A stretch of DNA of 64,000 nucleotides from Candidatus Micrarchaeota archaeon (lineage in GTDB: Archaea > Micrarchaeota > Micrarchaeia > Micrarchaeales > CABMGC01), in contig JAJZKW010000002.1 of NCBI GenBank assembly GCA_021803945.1, positions 1,734 to 65,733 of the forward strand. The letters are read 5' to 3'. Of the stretch, positions 42,991 to 51,845 are shown piece by piece. The stretch's first letter is position 1, and each line of letters opens with the position of its first letter. The notes beneath the pieces are model-generated. The model was not told where the DNA came from. It saw only the letters and a list, made by a program, of their open reading frames with translations, and searched no databases. A program made the translations under genes and the position numbers.

Positions 42991-45543
42991 ATGCCATTGC
43001 ATGATAAAGGAACAAAAGGACTGGAAAGACACGACACTCTGGGTAGCAATGTAATACCAAGGAAGTACACGCTGAGGTTCAAACCGTATTTTGCAACATT
43101 CAAGTACGAGGGAAGCGAAACCATAGAAGTCGAGATAAAGAAGGCAACCACATCAATATCCCTCAACGCCTCTGAGCTTGACATAAAGGAGGCCTACGTA
43201 GCGCAAGACGGGAAAGAACAAGTGGCCGCAACGAAGCTGAATTCTTCAAAACAGACACTGACGCTCGTCATCGGGAAAGGGGTGAAAGGCAGAGCTTTGA
43301 TAAAGATCGGCTTCGCAGGTATCCACAACGACAGCATGTATGGATTTTACAGAAGCAGGTACAACAACGGCGGCAAGGCGAAATACCTGCTGACTACGCA
43401 ATTCGAGGCGGCAAATGCGAGGAATGCGTTCCCATGTTTCGATGAGCCTGAGTTCAAGGCGGCCTTCGACGTTTCAATAATTGCAGAGAAGGGGTTTGAC
43501 TGCATATCCAACATGCCTGTATCGAGAGTGGACGACCTGGGGGGCGGCCTAAAGGAGGTAAAGTTCGAGGAGACGCCGCGTATGTCCACATACCTCCTAT
43601 ACTTGGGCGTCGGGAATTACGATTATGCAGTAGGAAGGGCCGGGAATACCAGGGTAAGGGTCGTAACAGTGCCTGGAAGCGGGGGCATGGCAAAGCTTCC
43701 CCTCGAGTACGCCATAAAATTCATAAAGTTCTATGAAAAATATTTTGGCATAAAATACCCGCTCCCCAAAGTCGACCTGATAGCAATACCGGATTTTGCA
43801 GCAGGGGCCATGGAGAATTGGGGTGCGATGGCCTTCAGGGAGACCGCGCTGCTCGCAGATGAGAAGAGCCCCATCGCTGTCAAGCAGAGGGTAGCAGAGG
43901 TTATAGCGCACGAGCTTGCGCATCAGTGGTTCGGGGACCTTGTGACGATGAAGTGGTGGAATGACCTATGGCTCAACGAAAGCTTTGCGACATTCATGAG
44001 CTACAAGGCCATGGACGCTGTTTTCCCAGAATGGGAGGTCAGGATCGAATATCTTCAGAACGTCATAAACACGGCTTTCATCGCAGACCAGCTCAGATCC
44101 ACGCATCCAATAAGCGTGCCTGTGAACTATCCAGGAGAGATAGACCAGCTATTCGACGAGATCAGCTACGAGAAGGGAGGAACGGTGCTGAACATAATAG
44201 AGAGCTATGTGGGGAACGGGATACTAAGGGCAGGACTGAGCAGGTATCTCAGGGAGCACTCGTATGCAAACGCTACGAAGTCCGACTTATGGCATGCGAT
44301 AGACGAGGCCGCAGTGAAAAGGCATGCCCGCACTGACGTGTATTCTATTGCAAACTACTGGGTCAACACGCCAGGCTATCCGGTAATAGACGCAAAAAGG
44401 GACGCAGACGGCATAAGTCTCAGGCAGACGAGATACTTCCTGCTCAGCAATATGTCAAGCGACTGTACATGGCCTATACCTGTAGACTATCTGGTGGGAG
44501 GCACGGAACGAAAAATGCTGTTTGACAGGAAAACCGCACACATAAGGGCAGGCAAGGGCCAATGGGTAAAGCTAAACTTCAGGCAGAACGGGATGTACCG
44601 TGTAAATTACGACGCAGAGGACATTTCAAGGCTCGGTGAGCTCGTACAAGGCAAGAAGATAACAGGAATGGACTCTTGGGGCATAGAATCCGACATGTTT
44701 GCAAGAAGCAGGTCAGGCAGGATGCCTGCCGACAGCTATCTTGAATTCGCTGGGAGGTACTGCCTTGACGGCGATCATCCTCTGGATGCCAGCGTGCTGT
44801 CCCACCTGGTATGGATCTACTACAGGCTCGGCCCTGGGAACAACGCCAGGGCAAGGGAGCTGCTACTTCTCTATACCAATCGCCTTATCGACAGGCTGGG
44901 GTGGGAGAGGGACGAAGGCGAGACCCCATACGACACGCAGATGAGGTCTGCAGCAATCATGGCCTCAGGTATGATAGGATATGCGCCCACTGTGGACAAG
45001 GCAGTCAAAATGTTCTACGACTTCATGAACCGCGGAAAAGCCATAGATCCGAACATACGCGGCGCCGTTTATTCTCTCGCTGCGTGGTCCGGCGGAGACG
45101 AGGTCTTCAGAATCCTCAAGGAGAGATTCTCAAGGGAGACTGTCCCGGACGAGAAGACGAGATTGCTCCGAGCCACTGCAATGTTCAATGACAAAGGAAT
45201 GGTCCTTAAGGCTTTCAGCTTCGCAATGTCAAAGGCCGTAAGGCTGCAGGACTCGTTCATGGTCCCTGCGATTGCAGCTTCCAATCCTGCTGCGAGGGGA
45301 ATACTGCTTCCATGGACCGTTAGGAACTGGAAGGAGTTGAGGAAGAGATACGCAAGTGGGACACACATGCTCATAAGGTTCATAGACAACCTCGCAGTCC
45401 TGGACACAGAAAAAGAGAAGGAAGAGATAGAAGGCTTCTTCAGGAAGAAGCAGAACTTCAGGGACGATATAGGCCATGCGCTTGACAAGGCGCTCGAGCA
45501 GATAGAAGCAAACATAAGGTTTCTCAAGGCCAACGGGCTGTAG
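42991..45543 (+). CDS. M1-family aminopeptidase (tricorn-interacting-factor F2/F3-like)
   Basis: GAMENWG exopeptidase motif and the zinc motif HELAHQWFGDLV...WLNESFA. 850 aa. Confidence 0.9.
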   Translation: MPLHDKGTKGLERHDTLGSNVIPRKYTLRFKPYFATFKYEGSETIEVEIKKATTSISLNASELDIKEAYVAQDGKEQVAATKLNSSKQTLTLVIGKGVKGRALIKIGFAGIHNDSMYGFYRSRYNNGGKAKYLLTTQFEAANARNAFPCFDEPEFKAAFDVSIIAEKGFDCISNMPVSRVDDLGGGLKEVKFEETPRMSTYLLYLGVGNYDYAVGRAGNTRVRVVTVPGSGGMAKLPLEYAIKFIKFYEKYFGIKYPLPKVDLIAIPDFAAGAMENWGAMAFRETALLADEKSPIAVKQRVAEVIAHELAHQWFGDLVTMKWWNDLWLNESFATFMSYKAMDAVFPEWEVRIEYLQNVINTAFIADQLRSTHPISVPVNYPGEIDQLFDEISYEKGGTVLNIIESYVGNGILRAGLSRYLREHSYANATKSDLWHAIDEAAVKRHARTDVYSIANYWVNTPGYPVIDAKRDADGISLRQTRYFLLSNMSSDCTWPIPVDYLVGGTERKMLFDRKTAHIRAGKGQWVKLNFRQNGMYRVNYDAEDISRLGELVQGKKITGMDSWGIESDMFARSRSGRMPADSYLEFAGRYCLDGDHPLDASVLSHLVWIYYRLGPGNNARARELLLLYTNRLIDRLGWERDEGETPYDTQMRSAAIMASGMIGYAPTVDKAVKMFYDFMNRGKAIDPNIRGAVYSLAAWSGGDEVFRILKERFSRETVPDEKTRLLRATAMFNDKGMVLKAFSFAMSKAVRLQDSFMVPAIAASNPAARGILLPWTVRNWKELRKRYASGTHMLIRFIDNLAVLDTEKEKEEIEGFFRKKQNFRDDIGHALDKALEQIEANIRFLKANGL

Positions 45544-45626
45544 GCCTGCGCTCTCTTCCAGGACAGCACAACGCTTAAAATACCTATTACCCTATACTTA
45601 CTGCTTATATTAGAGTGATTTACGTG

Positions 45627-45815
45627 ATGTGCGAAAGATGCAGCAATGACATACACAAGTATAGCACATGCAACTACTGCAAGAGAAAGGTGTGCATAAA
45701 TTGCGTCAAGAGTTCAAGAAGGGTATCAAAGGTAATCAGGCTGGTCATATGCAAGGACGACTGGTCAAAGATGGCTTCCAGGAAGACGTTCAAGAGCGCA
45801 ACAAAGGAGCAATGA
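45627..45815 (+). CDS. Small Cys-rich zinc-ribbon-like protein
   Basis: MCERCSNDIHKYSTCNYCKRKVCINCVKSS carries three CxxC pairs. A TATA-like CTTATATTAG lies about 20 nt upstream. Confidence 0.4.
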   Translation: MCERCSNDIHKYSTCNYCKRKVCINCVKSSRRVSKVIRLVICKDDWSKMASRKTFKSATKEQ

Positions 45816-45823
45816 GCAGATAA

Positions 45824-48800
45824 TCAGACCTTCTCTATCCCTATCACAACCTTCTCTTCATCCATGCTGAACTCCTTCACAAACGAAGAGCCCACCTTCT
45901 CCGAACTGTAGATCTTTACTGCGCTGAGGTCCTTTCCAAGCTGTTCCTTGTGCTTGTCCAATATCTCTCCGATCTCCCTTGATACAACATAGGAAAGGGC
46001 TATCTTCTCCCCCTTCTTCAATCCCATCTCCTTCCTAGCCATCTGCACGCCTCTCTCGAATTCCCTGAGCATGGCCTCTTCAAGCAGCTCTCCGCTCACT
46101 TCCCTGTCTGCATATGCTATTCCATATCTGAACTTTACTGCATTATCTCTCTCCAGCCTCTCTATTATGTCAAAATGGTCCTTTGTCACGTTGAAAATCC
46201 CCTTTTCAGTCCTGAGCCTGTAGCTTCCCAGCGCATCTATCCCTGCAAGCATCTCCTTCACTTCAGCCTTCTTCAGCGCGTCAGCCACAGCAGAAGCATT
46301 TTCCCTGAATTCCGGCCCGAGCCTCTGGAAGAGAGGCCTTACCTCGAATGCTGATGCCTCTGTCTTCCTGATCTCCAGGCGCTTTACGTTTGTGTAGCCC
46401 TCTATCAGGTACGATAGCTTCTTTATTGCGCCGTATGCATCATCTCCGCTCACCTCGACTGTCGCAGCGGCTATCGGCCACCTAAGCTTAGTCCCTGACT
46501 TCTCGCGGCTGTTTAGTATTGCGGTCATGGCCTCCCTGGCGATGCCGAACTCCAACTCCAGCTGCCTGTCCATCGCCTTCGTATCGGCCTTGGGCCACTT
46601 CTCCATGAATATGCTCGTGCCGCCTCCATACAGCTCAATGTGCATCTTCTCCGAAGAGAACGGCATTATTATTGAGGAGATGACAAGGGCGTTGTGGAAT
46701 ATGTAGTTCACAAGCTTCGCTATGGCTCTTGCCTGCTTCCTGTTCCCCGACGAGATCTTCTTCTTCGCGATCCTGAGATAGAACCTGCTGAAATCCTCAA
46801 GCATGAAATCACGGAGGTCCTTTACCGCATCGTCTATGAAGTAATTGTCAAGGTTCTTGGTGGTGCTGTCCACCAGTGTGCTGAACCTTGACAGTATCCA
46901 TCTCTCTTCAGTCTCCAATCTGTCTGCTGCCGGCCTTCCAGGCTTGTCCTGCCTTATACCTGCGAACAAGTTGAATTCCTTGACAAGCTCAGATATGTTG
47001 TAGAATGTTATTATGTTGCTGTTGGCTTCCACGAGCTCCTGCTTCTTCAGCTTAAGCTCCAGCCATCTCGGGTGGCTCGAGCACCATAGCCTGAATCCGT
47101 CAGCCGAGACGAGGTCTAGAAGGTCCCTTGCAGATACCGCATTGCCCAGGTGCCTGTGCATCTCCTGTCCCAGTTCGTCCTTGATCATGCCCCCTATGTT
47201 CACCCTCTTGTAAGAGGTCTTTCCATATATCGCAACGCTGGTCCTCAGTAGCACCGCAAACCATCCTCTTATCTGGTCCCTGCTCTCAGTTATCCAGTCA
47301 GCAGGGTAGAACCTCCTGAATTCGGCATCGTTCAGGCTCGCAGTGTGGGATATGCCAGCGTCATACCAGACGTCGAATATGTCAGGTATCCTCTCTGCCA
47401 CTCCACCGCATTTCCTGCATTTGAACGTCACTCTGTCAACGGATGACTTGTGCAGGTCGGCAAGAGGCTTCTTCAGCCCTGCCCTCTCCTCAAGCTCCTT
47501 CGAAGAGCCCATGACCTCTATCTCCCCGCAGGACCCGCACACCCATACAGGTATTGTCGAGCCCCAGTACCTCTGCCTAGAGATCGTCCAGTCAGGCGAA
47601 TTCTCTGTGGCTTCAGCGAACCAATCCCTTGCCGCTTCAGGGTGCCATTTTATCTTCGCGTTTTCCTTGAGCATCCTCTTCTTTATCCTCTGGATGTTGA
47701 CGAACCACTGCTCCGTAGCCCTGTATATCAGCTTGCTCTCGCATCTCCAGCAGTGCGGATAGCTGTGCGTTACGCTTCCCTGGTGCAGCAGGCTCCCTCC
47801 TGCTTTCAGGGCTTCCAGCACCGCTTTATTGGCCTCTTCCGGAACCTTCAGGCCAGCGAACTTGCCTGCCTCATCAGTGTACCTGGCATGCTTGTCTATG
47901 GGCGACATTATCGGCATCTTGTTCTCCCTGCCGAGCTTGAAGTCTTCAGGACCGTGGCCCGGAGCCACATGGAGCAATCCTGTTCCCTCGGTAACTGTTA
48001 CAAAGGTCTGGCTGAGCAGGACCTTGTGGTATCTCCTCAGCTCCTTCTGCCTCGGTACCTCCTCTTCCAGCGGACTGATGTATTTCACGCCCTTAAGCTC
48101 CCTTCCGTACATCTCCGCAGTCACTATCGCATCAGTTCCAGTTGCAGCAGTGAAGGCGTCAAGCCTCTCCTTTGCAACTATATAATTCTTGTCTCCGCAT
48201 CTTGCCACCACATACATCTGCTCCGGGTTGGCTGCTATCGCGAGGTTGGAAGGCAGGGTCCACGGCGTGGTCGTCCAGATCACTAGGTAGGAGTTGCCAG
48301 GCAGTTCGGCCTTCCCTCTGCCTGCCACCTTGAAGGCCACGAATATAGAAGGGTCTGTGGCATCAGCGTATTCCACTTCCGGCCCCTGTGCAGAAAGCAC
48401 GGTCTCGTCCTTCGGGCAGTATGCAAGCCCCTGCACGTCCCTGTATACGAGCCCCTCATCATACATCTTTTTGAAGATGCCCCATCCAGCGTTTATGTAG
48501 TAATGTTCGTAAGGCATGTATGCATGCTCGAAATCCAGCGACGACCCGAATCTCGTGTAATCCGATATCATGCCTTCTGCCTGCTCACCTGCAAATTCCC
48601 TGCATGAGTTTATGAATGCCTCTATCCCCATCCTATCCTCTATGTCTGCCTTTGATGTTATCCCAAGCTTCTTCTCTACCTTGACCTCTATCGGCAGCCC
48701 GTGCACGTCGAATCCCGCCCTGTCGTGCACGTCGAATCCCCTGTACCTCTTGTACCTGAGGACAAGGTCCTTTATCGTCTCAACCCACACATGGTGCGCG

Positions 48801-48943
48801 CCAAGCTGCCCGGTCACATACGGCGGGCCGTCAAGGAAATAGAAGGGCTTCATGCCCCTGCTCTTTTCCCGCACCTTCTTCAATACCTCATGCTCTTTCC
48901 AGTAGCCAAGCATCTCCTCTTCGTTCTTGTTAAGGTCCAGCAT
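45824..48943 (-). CDS. ileS: Isoleucyl-tRNA synthetase
   Basis: 1039 aa with a HIGH-type motif (GQLGAHHVW region), a KMSKS-type loop, a CP1 editing domain, and Zn-binding CxxC pairs (CWRC, CGSCG, CRKCGG). Confidence 0.93.
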   Translation of the reverse strand: MLDLNKNEEEMLGYWKEHEVLKKVREKSRGMKPFYFLDGPPYVTGQLGAHHVWVETIKDLVLRYKRYRGFDVHDRAGFDVHGLPIEVKVEKKLGITSKADIEDRMGIEAFINSCREFAGEQAEGMISDYTRFGSSLDFEHAYMPYEHYYINAGWGIFKKMYDEGLVYRDVQGLAYCPKDETVLSAQGPEVEYADATDPSIFVAFKVAGRGKAELPGNSYLVIWTTTPWTLPSNLAIAANPEQMYVVARCGDKNYIVAKERLDAFTAATGTDAIVTAEMYGRELKGVKYISPLEEEVPRQKELRRYHKVLLSQTFVTVTEGTGLLHVAPGHGPEDFKLGRENKMPIMSPIDKHARYTDEAGKFAGLKVPEEANKAVLEALKAGGSLLHQGSVTHSYPHCWRCESKLIYRATEQWFVNIQRIKKRMLKENAKIKWHPEAARDWFAEATENSPDWTISRQRYWGSTIPVWVCGSCGEIEVMGSSKELEERAGLKKPLADLHKSSVDRVTFKCRKCGGVAERIPDIFDVWYDAGISHTASLNDAEFRRFYPADWITESRDQIRGWFAVLLRTSVAIYGKTSYKRVNIGGMIKDELGQEMHRHLGNAVSARDLLDLVSADGFRLWCSSHPRWLELKLKKQELVEANSNIITFYNISELVKEFNLFAGIRQDKPGRPAADRLETEERWILSRFSTLVDSTTKNLDNYFIDDAVKDLRDFMLEDFSRFYLRIAKKKISSGNRKQARAIAKLVNYIFHNALVISSIIMPFSSEKMHIELYGGGTSIFMEKWPKADTKAMDRQLELEFGIAREAMTAILNSREKSGTKLRWPIAAATVEVSGDDAYGAIKKLSYLIEGYTNVKRLEIRKTEASAFEVRPLFQRLGPEFRENASAVADALKKAEVKEMLAGIDALGSYRLRTEKGIFNVTKDHFDIIERLERDNAVKFRYGIAYADREVSGELLEEAMLREFERGVQMARKEMGLKKGEKIALSYVVSREIGEILDKHKEQLGKDLSAVKIYSSEKVGSSFVKEFSMDEEKVVIGIEKV

Positions 48944-49029
48944 CTACATACCACAGGAAGATAGGATATCTTATATAAAATCAACTATTAAATGCTTTTG
49001 CTGTAAAACCTTATTGCCCGAGGAATTCA

Positions 49030-49662
49030 ATGAGATCCGCAGATGCCACGACTTTGTTCAGGGTACTTTTGATAGTCCTTGTAGCGTATCTGATCCTCGG
49101 AAAATACAGCCCTGTCGTGATAATAACACTGATAGCGGTAGCCATGCTGCTCGACGCAGTGGACGGGTTCTTCGCAGTAAACGAGGCCAGCAACGGCGCA
49201 GTAGGGGCCTCGGTCTATATAAGGTCCGTCCTTGGGGACAAAGGCTCAGCGCACACTGTGCAGGGATTCAAGAAAAGGCTTTCAAAGGCGGCTAAATTCG
49301 GTCCAAGGATAGATGTTGCAGGGGACCGCGCCGTGGAATACATTCTATGGGTCGTCTACACAGTTGCCGGGGTAATACCGATCTTCGTATTATTCATTGT
49401 TATAATAAGGCACTCGTTTGTCGATGCCTTCATGGCTGCTAAAGGCACATCTTCAAAGATGAAGACAAGGTTCGCCAGGGTCATCTATTCATCAAACCTA
49501 TGGCGCGGCGGGATAAACGTCGTCAAGTTCCTGACCTTCTCGTATCTCTCCCTTGTCTACATATGGTCCTACCCGGAATGGATAGGCTATGTCCTGGTGG
49601 CAATACTTGTGTCTTACATACTCCTAAGGGGTGCGGCCGAACTTTATGAAGCGTATGCGTAG
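49030..49662 (+). CDS. CDP-alcohol phosphatidyltransferase-family protein with a split catalytic motif
   Basis: Multi-TM protein. DAVDGFFA is followed about 40 residues later by GPRIDVAGD, so the family motif DGxxAR-x8-G-x3-D-x3-D is interrupted. Confidence 0.55.
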   Translation: MRSADATTLFRVLLIVLVAYLILGKYSPVVIITLIAVAMLLDAVDGFFAVNEASNGAVGASVYIRSVLGDKGSAHTVQGFKKRLSKAAKFGPRIDVAGDRAVEYILWVVYTVAGVIPIFVLFIVIIRHSFVDAFMAAKGTSSKMKTRFARVIYSSNLWRGGINVVKFLTFSYLSLVYIWSYPEWIGYVLVAILVSYILLRGAAELYEAYA

Positions 49663-50140
49663 TGGTCAGATGCCAAAGAAATGCATAGTTACCAGCTGCA
49701 TAGTGGTCAAGAGTGGCAAGATACTCCTGATCCACCACAAGAAACTCAAGAAATGGATGTATCCAGGCGGCCATGTAGGTGCCAATGAGACGCCGCAGGA
49801 AGCCGTAGTCCGAGAGACGAAGGAGGAGACAGGGTACAGGGTGAGGGTAGTCGGGGCCGCGCCGCTGGGCCTGAGGGGCCATGCGCCTGCAAAGGAGCTG
49901 GTGCTGCCGTTTGCGATCCTTTACGAGGATGTGCGCTACAAGACTGGCCGCCACATGCATTTCGATATGGTATACTTCGGCATGGCAGAAGGCAGGCGCG
50001 GCAGCCTGGCAGAGGGCGAGTCGCAGATGCTGAAGTGGGTGTCAGAAAGCGAGGTAGATGGCATAGATACTTATTACAGCATAAAGAAGATTCTGAAATA
50101 TTCATTCCGCGCCATAAGGGGCGGAAGGCTGAGCAAATGA
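49631..50140 (+). CDS. NUDIX hydrolase
   Basis: Nudix box GGHVGANETPQEAVVRETKEETGY. The true start is ambiguous (ATG at 49631, 49646, 49655 or 49670). The stop overlaps the next start (ATGA). Confidence 0.8.
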   Translation: MRPNFMKRMRSGQMPKKCIVTSCIVVKSGKILLIHHKKLKKWMYPGGHVGANETPQEAVVRETKEETGYRVRVVGAAPLGLRGHAPAKELVLPFAILYEDVRYKTGRHMHFDMVYFGMAEGRRGSLAEGESQMLKWVSESEVDGIDTYYSIKKILKYSFRAIRGGRLSK

Positions 50141-50844
50141 GACCGGAGATAAGCGTAATAGTCCCGGCGTTCAACGAGGAACGCTACATAAAGCATCTGT
50201 TCAGGGGCCTGAAGGTGCAGACCTTCAGGGACTTCGAGGTCATAGTTGTCGATGGGAACAGCACCGACGGCACAAGGGAGATATCGAAGAGGCACGGCGC
50301 AACGGTTGTCATAGACAGGAAGAGAAATATAGGCGAGGCAAGGAACCGCGGGGTAAGGTCGTCTTCAGGCGAGATACTGCTGTTTACGAATGCCGATACT
50401 TTGGCATCGAGCGGACTGCTCATGACCTACCATGAGCTGTTCAAGGACAAGGCAGTGGTGGCTGCCACAGGCCCTCTCGTGCCGCTCGAGGATACGACCA
50501 GGTTCATAGAGTTCGGGTACATGTTTGCGTCGGTAGTGCTAGCAAAGGCGGCATTCGCCATAGGCAAGCCCTCAATAAGCGGCTCAAACTTTGCAGTGAG
50601 GAGGTCTGCATTCAAAGAATCAGGAGGGTTCGATGAAACGCTCTTCACGTACGAGGACCTGGACCTCGCGCACAGGCTAAGGAAACTCGGAGCAGTGAGA
50701 TATGTGGATGACGCCGTGGTTGCCACGAGCTCGAGGAGGATAGCTAAATGGGGCATACCTCGGTACATACTCTTCAATGCAGGCAATGTCGCAAGGTACA
50801 ATCTCTTCCACAAGCCAAAGGAGCATTATGAACCAATACGCTAG
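50137..50844 (+). CDS. Family-2 glycosyltransferase (dolichyl-phosphate sugar synthase-like)
   Basis: ISVIVPAFNEE...VIVVDGNSTDGT...DAD pattern and the ED motif YEDLDL. Confidence 0.85.
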   Translation: MRPEISVIVPAFNEERYIKHLFRGLKVQTFRDFEVIVVDGNSTDGTREISKRHGATVVIDRKRNIGEARNRGVRSSSGEILLFTNADTLASSGLLMTYHELFKDKAVVAATGPLVPLEDTTRFIEFGYMFASVVLAKAAFAIGKPSISGSNFAVRRSAFKESGGFDETLFTYEDLDLAHRLRKLGAVRYVDDAVVATSSRRIAKWGIPRYILFNAGNVARYNLFHKPKEHYEPIR

Positions 50845-50856
50845 GTGCTGCCTGAC

Positions 50857-51561
50857 ATGAAGCCTGATATAAGCGTAATCATACCCGCCCTGAACGAGCA
50901 GAAATACATACGCTATCCGCTCTCCGGGCTCAAGGCGCAGACGTTCAAGAACTTCGAGGTCATAGTAGTCGACGGAGGCAGCGAAGACGATACAGCGGAT
51001 ATAGCAAAAAAATCCGCAAGGGTGATAGTATGCCGCAAGCGCGGCGCAGGCGTCGCAAGGAACATGGGCGCAGAGAAGGCAAAGGGGAGCATACTCGTTT
51101 TCATAGATGCGGACACCAGGCCTTCAAGCCGCCTGCTTGAGACATACATGGCGGCATTCCTCGACAGCAGCACAGTAGCTGCGACCGGGCCCATTCTCCC
51201 ACTGGAAAAGGCAGGCAGGAGGATAAAGGCCGGATACTGGATCGTCTCAGTTGCTTTTGTCAAGCTTTCAATAATATTCAACAGGCCTTCGATAGTAGGC
51301 TCTAATTTCGCGGTAAGGTCAGCAGCATTCAGGAAGGCCGGAGGGTTCAACGAGAAGTTCATAACGTACGAGGACTGGGACCTGTCGAACAGGCTGGGCA
51401 GGTTCGGAAGGGTCAGGTACGAGGGCCGCGCCCGTGTCCGCACGAGTGCAAGGCGTGTTATAGCATGGGGATTACTTGGCTATACTCTGTTCTATGCGAT
51501 AAACATGTTCATGTACCATGTCCTCAGGAAATCAAAATCCGATTACAAAAGCATAAGATGA
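50857..51561 (+). CDS. Family-2 glycosyltransferase, tandem paralog
   Basis: ISVIIPALNEQ...VIVVDGGSEDDT...IDADT...YEDWDL. Collinear similarity to the preceding gene. Confidence 0.85.
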   Translation: MKPDISVIIPALNEQKYIRYPLSGLKAQTFKNFEVIVVDGGSEDDTADIAKKSARVIVCRKRGAGVARNMGAEKAKGSILVFIDADTRPSSRLLETYMAAFLDSSTVAATGPILPLEKAGRRIKAGYWIVSVAFVKLSIIFNRPSIVGSNFAVRSAAFRKAGGFNEKFITYEDWDLSNRLGRFGRVRYEGRARVRTSARRVIAWGLLGYTLFYAINMFMYHVLRKSKSDYKSIR

Positions 51562-51654
51562 TCCGGAGCAGTCCAGCATTTCGATACATATAAAAGTCTT
51601 GTTATGCTAATACTCATAGTCTATTTTGTCTTCTACACTGTGGTAGGTAAATCA

Positions 51655-51834
51655 ATGGATTATACTAAGTTTGAAAAGGCAACCATCATAGGTGCAAGGG
51701 CGCTTCAGCTAGCCTACGGCGCGCCTCCCCTGATGAAGGTGCCAGAGAACATAACCGAGCCGATAGACCTTGCCGCGCTCGAATTCGACGAAGGGGTAAT
51801 ACCTATAGTCGTAGTAAGGAAACCGCTGGCTTGA
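51655..51834 (+). CDS. rpoK: DNA-directed RNA polymerase subunit K (Rpo6)
   Basis: MDYTKFEKATIIGARALQLAYGAPPL is the conserved RpoK core. Internal ATG 51655 is used. Confidence 0.85.
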   Translation: MDYTKFEKATIIGARALQLAYGAPPLMKVPENITEPIDLAALEFDEGVIPIVVVRKPLA

Positions 51835-51845
51835 AGGCGAACTCT

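Noticed and set aside
48961-48970. The 10-mer ATAGGATATC in the ileS / CDP-alcohol-transferase intergenic region is the reverse complement of GATATCCTAT, which occurs in PadR-promoter repeat copy B.
   Set aside because: It is a single short AT-rich match, and the rest of the 18-nt repeat is not shared. It is probably coincidental.
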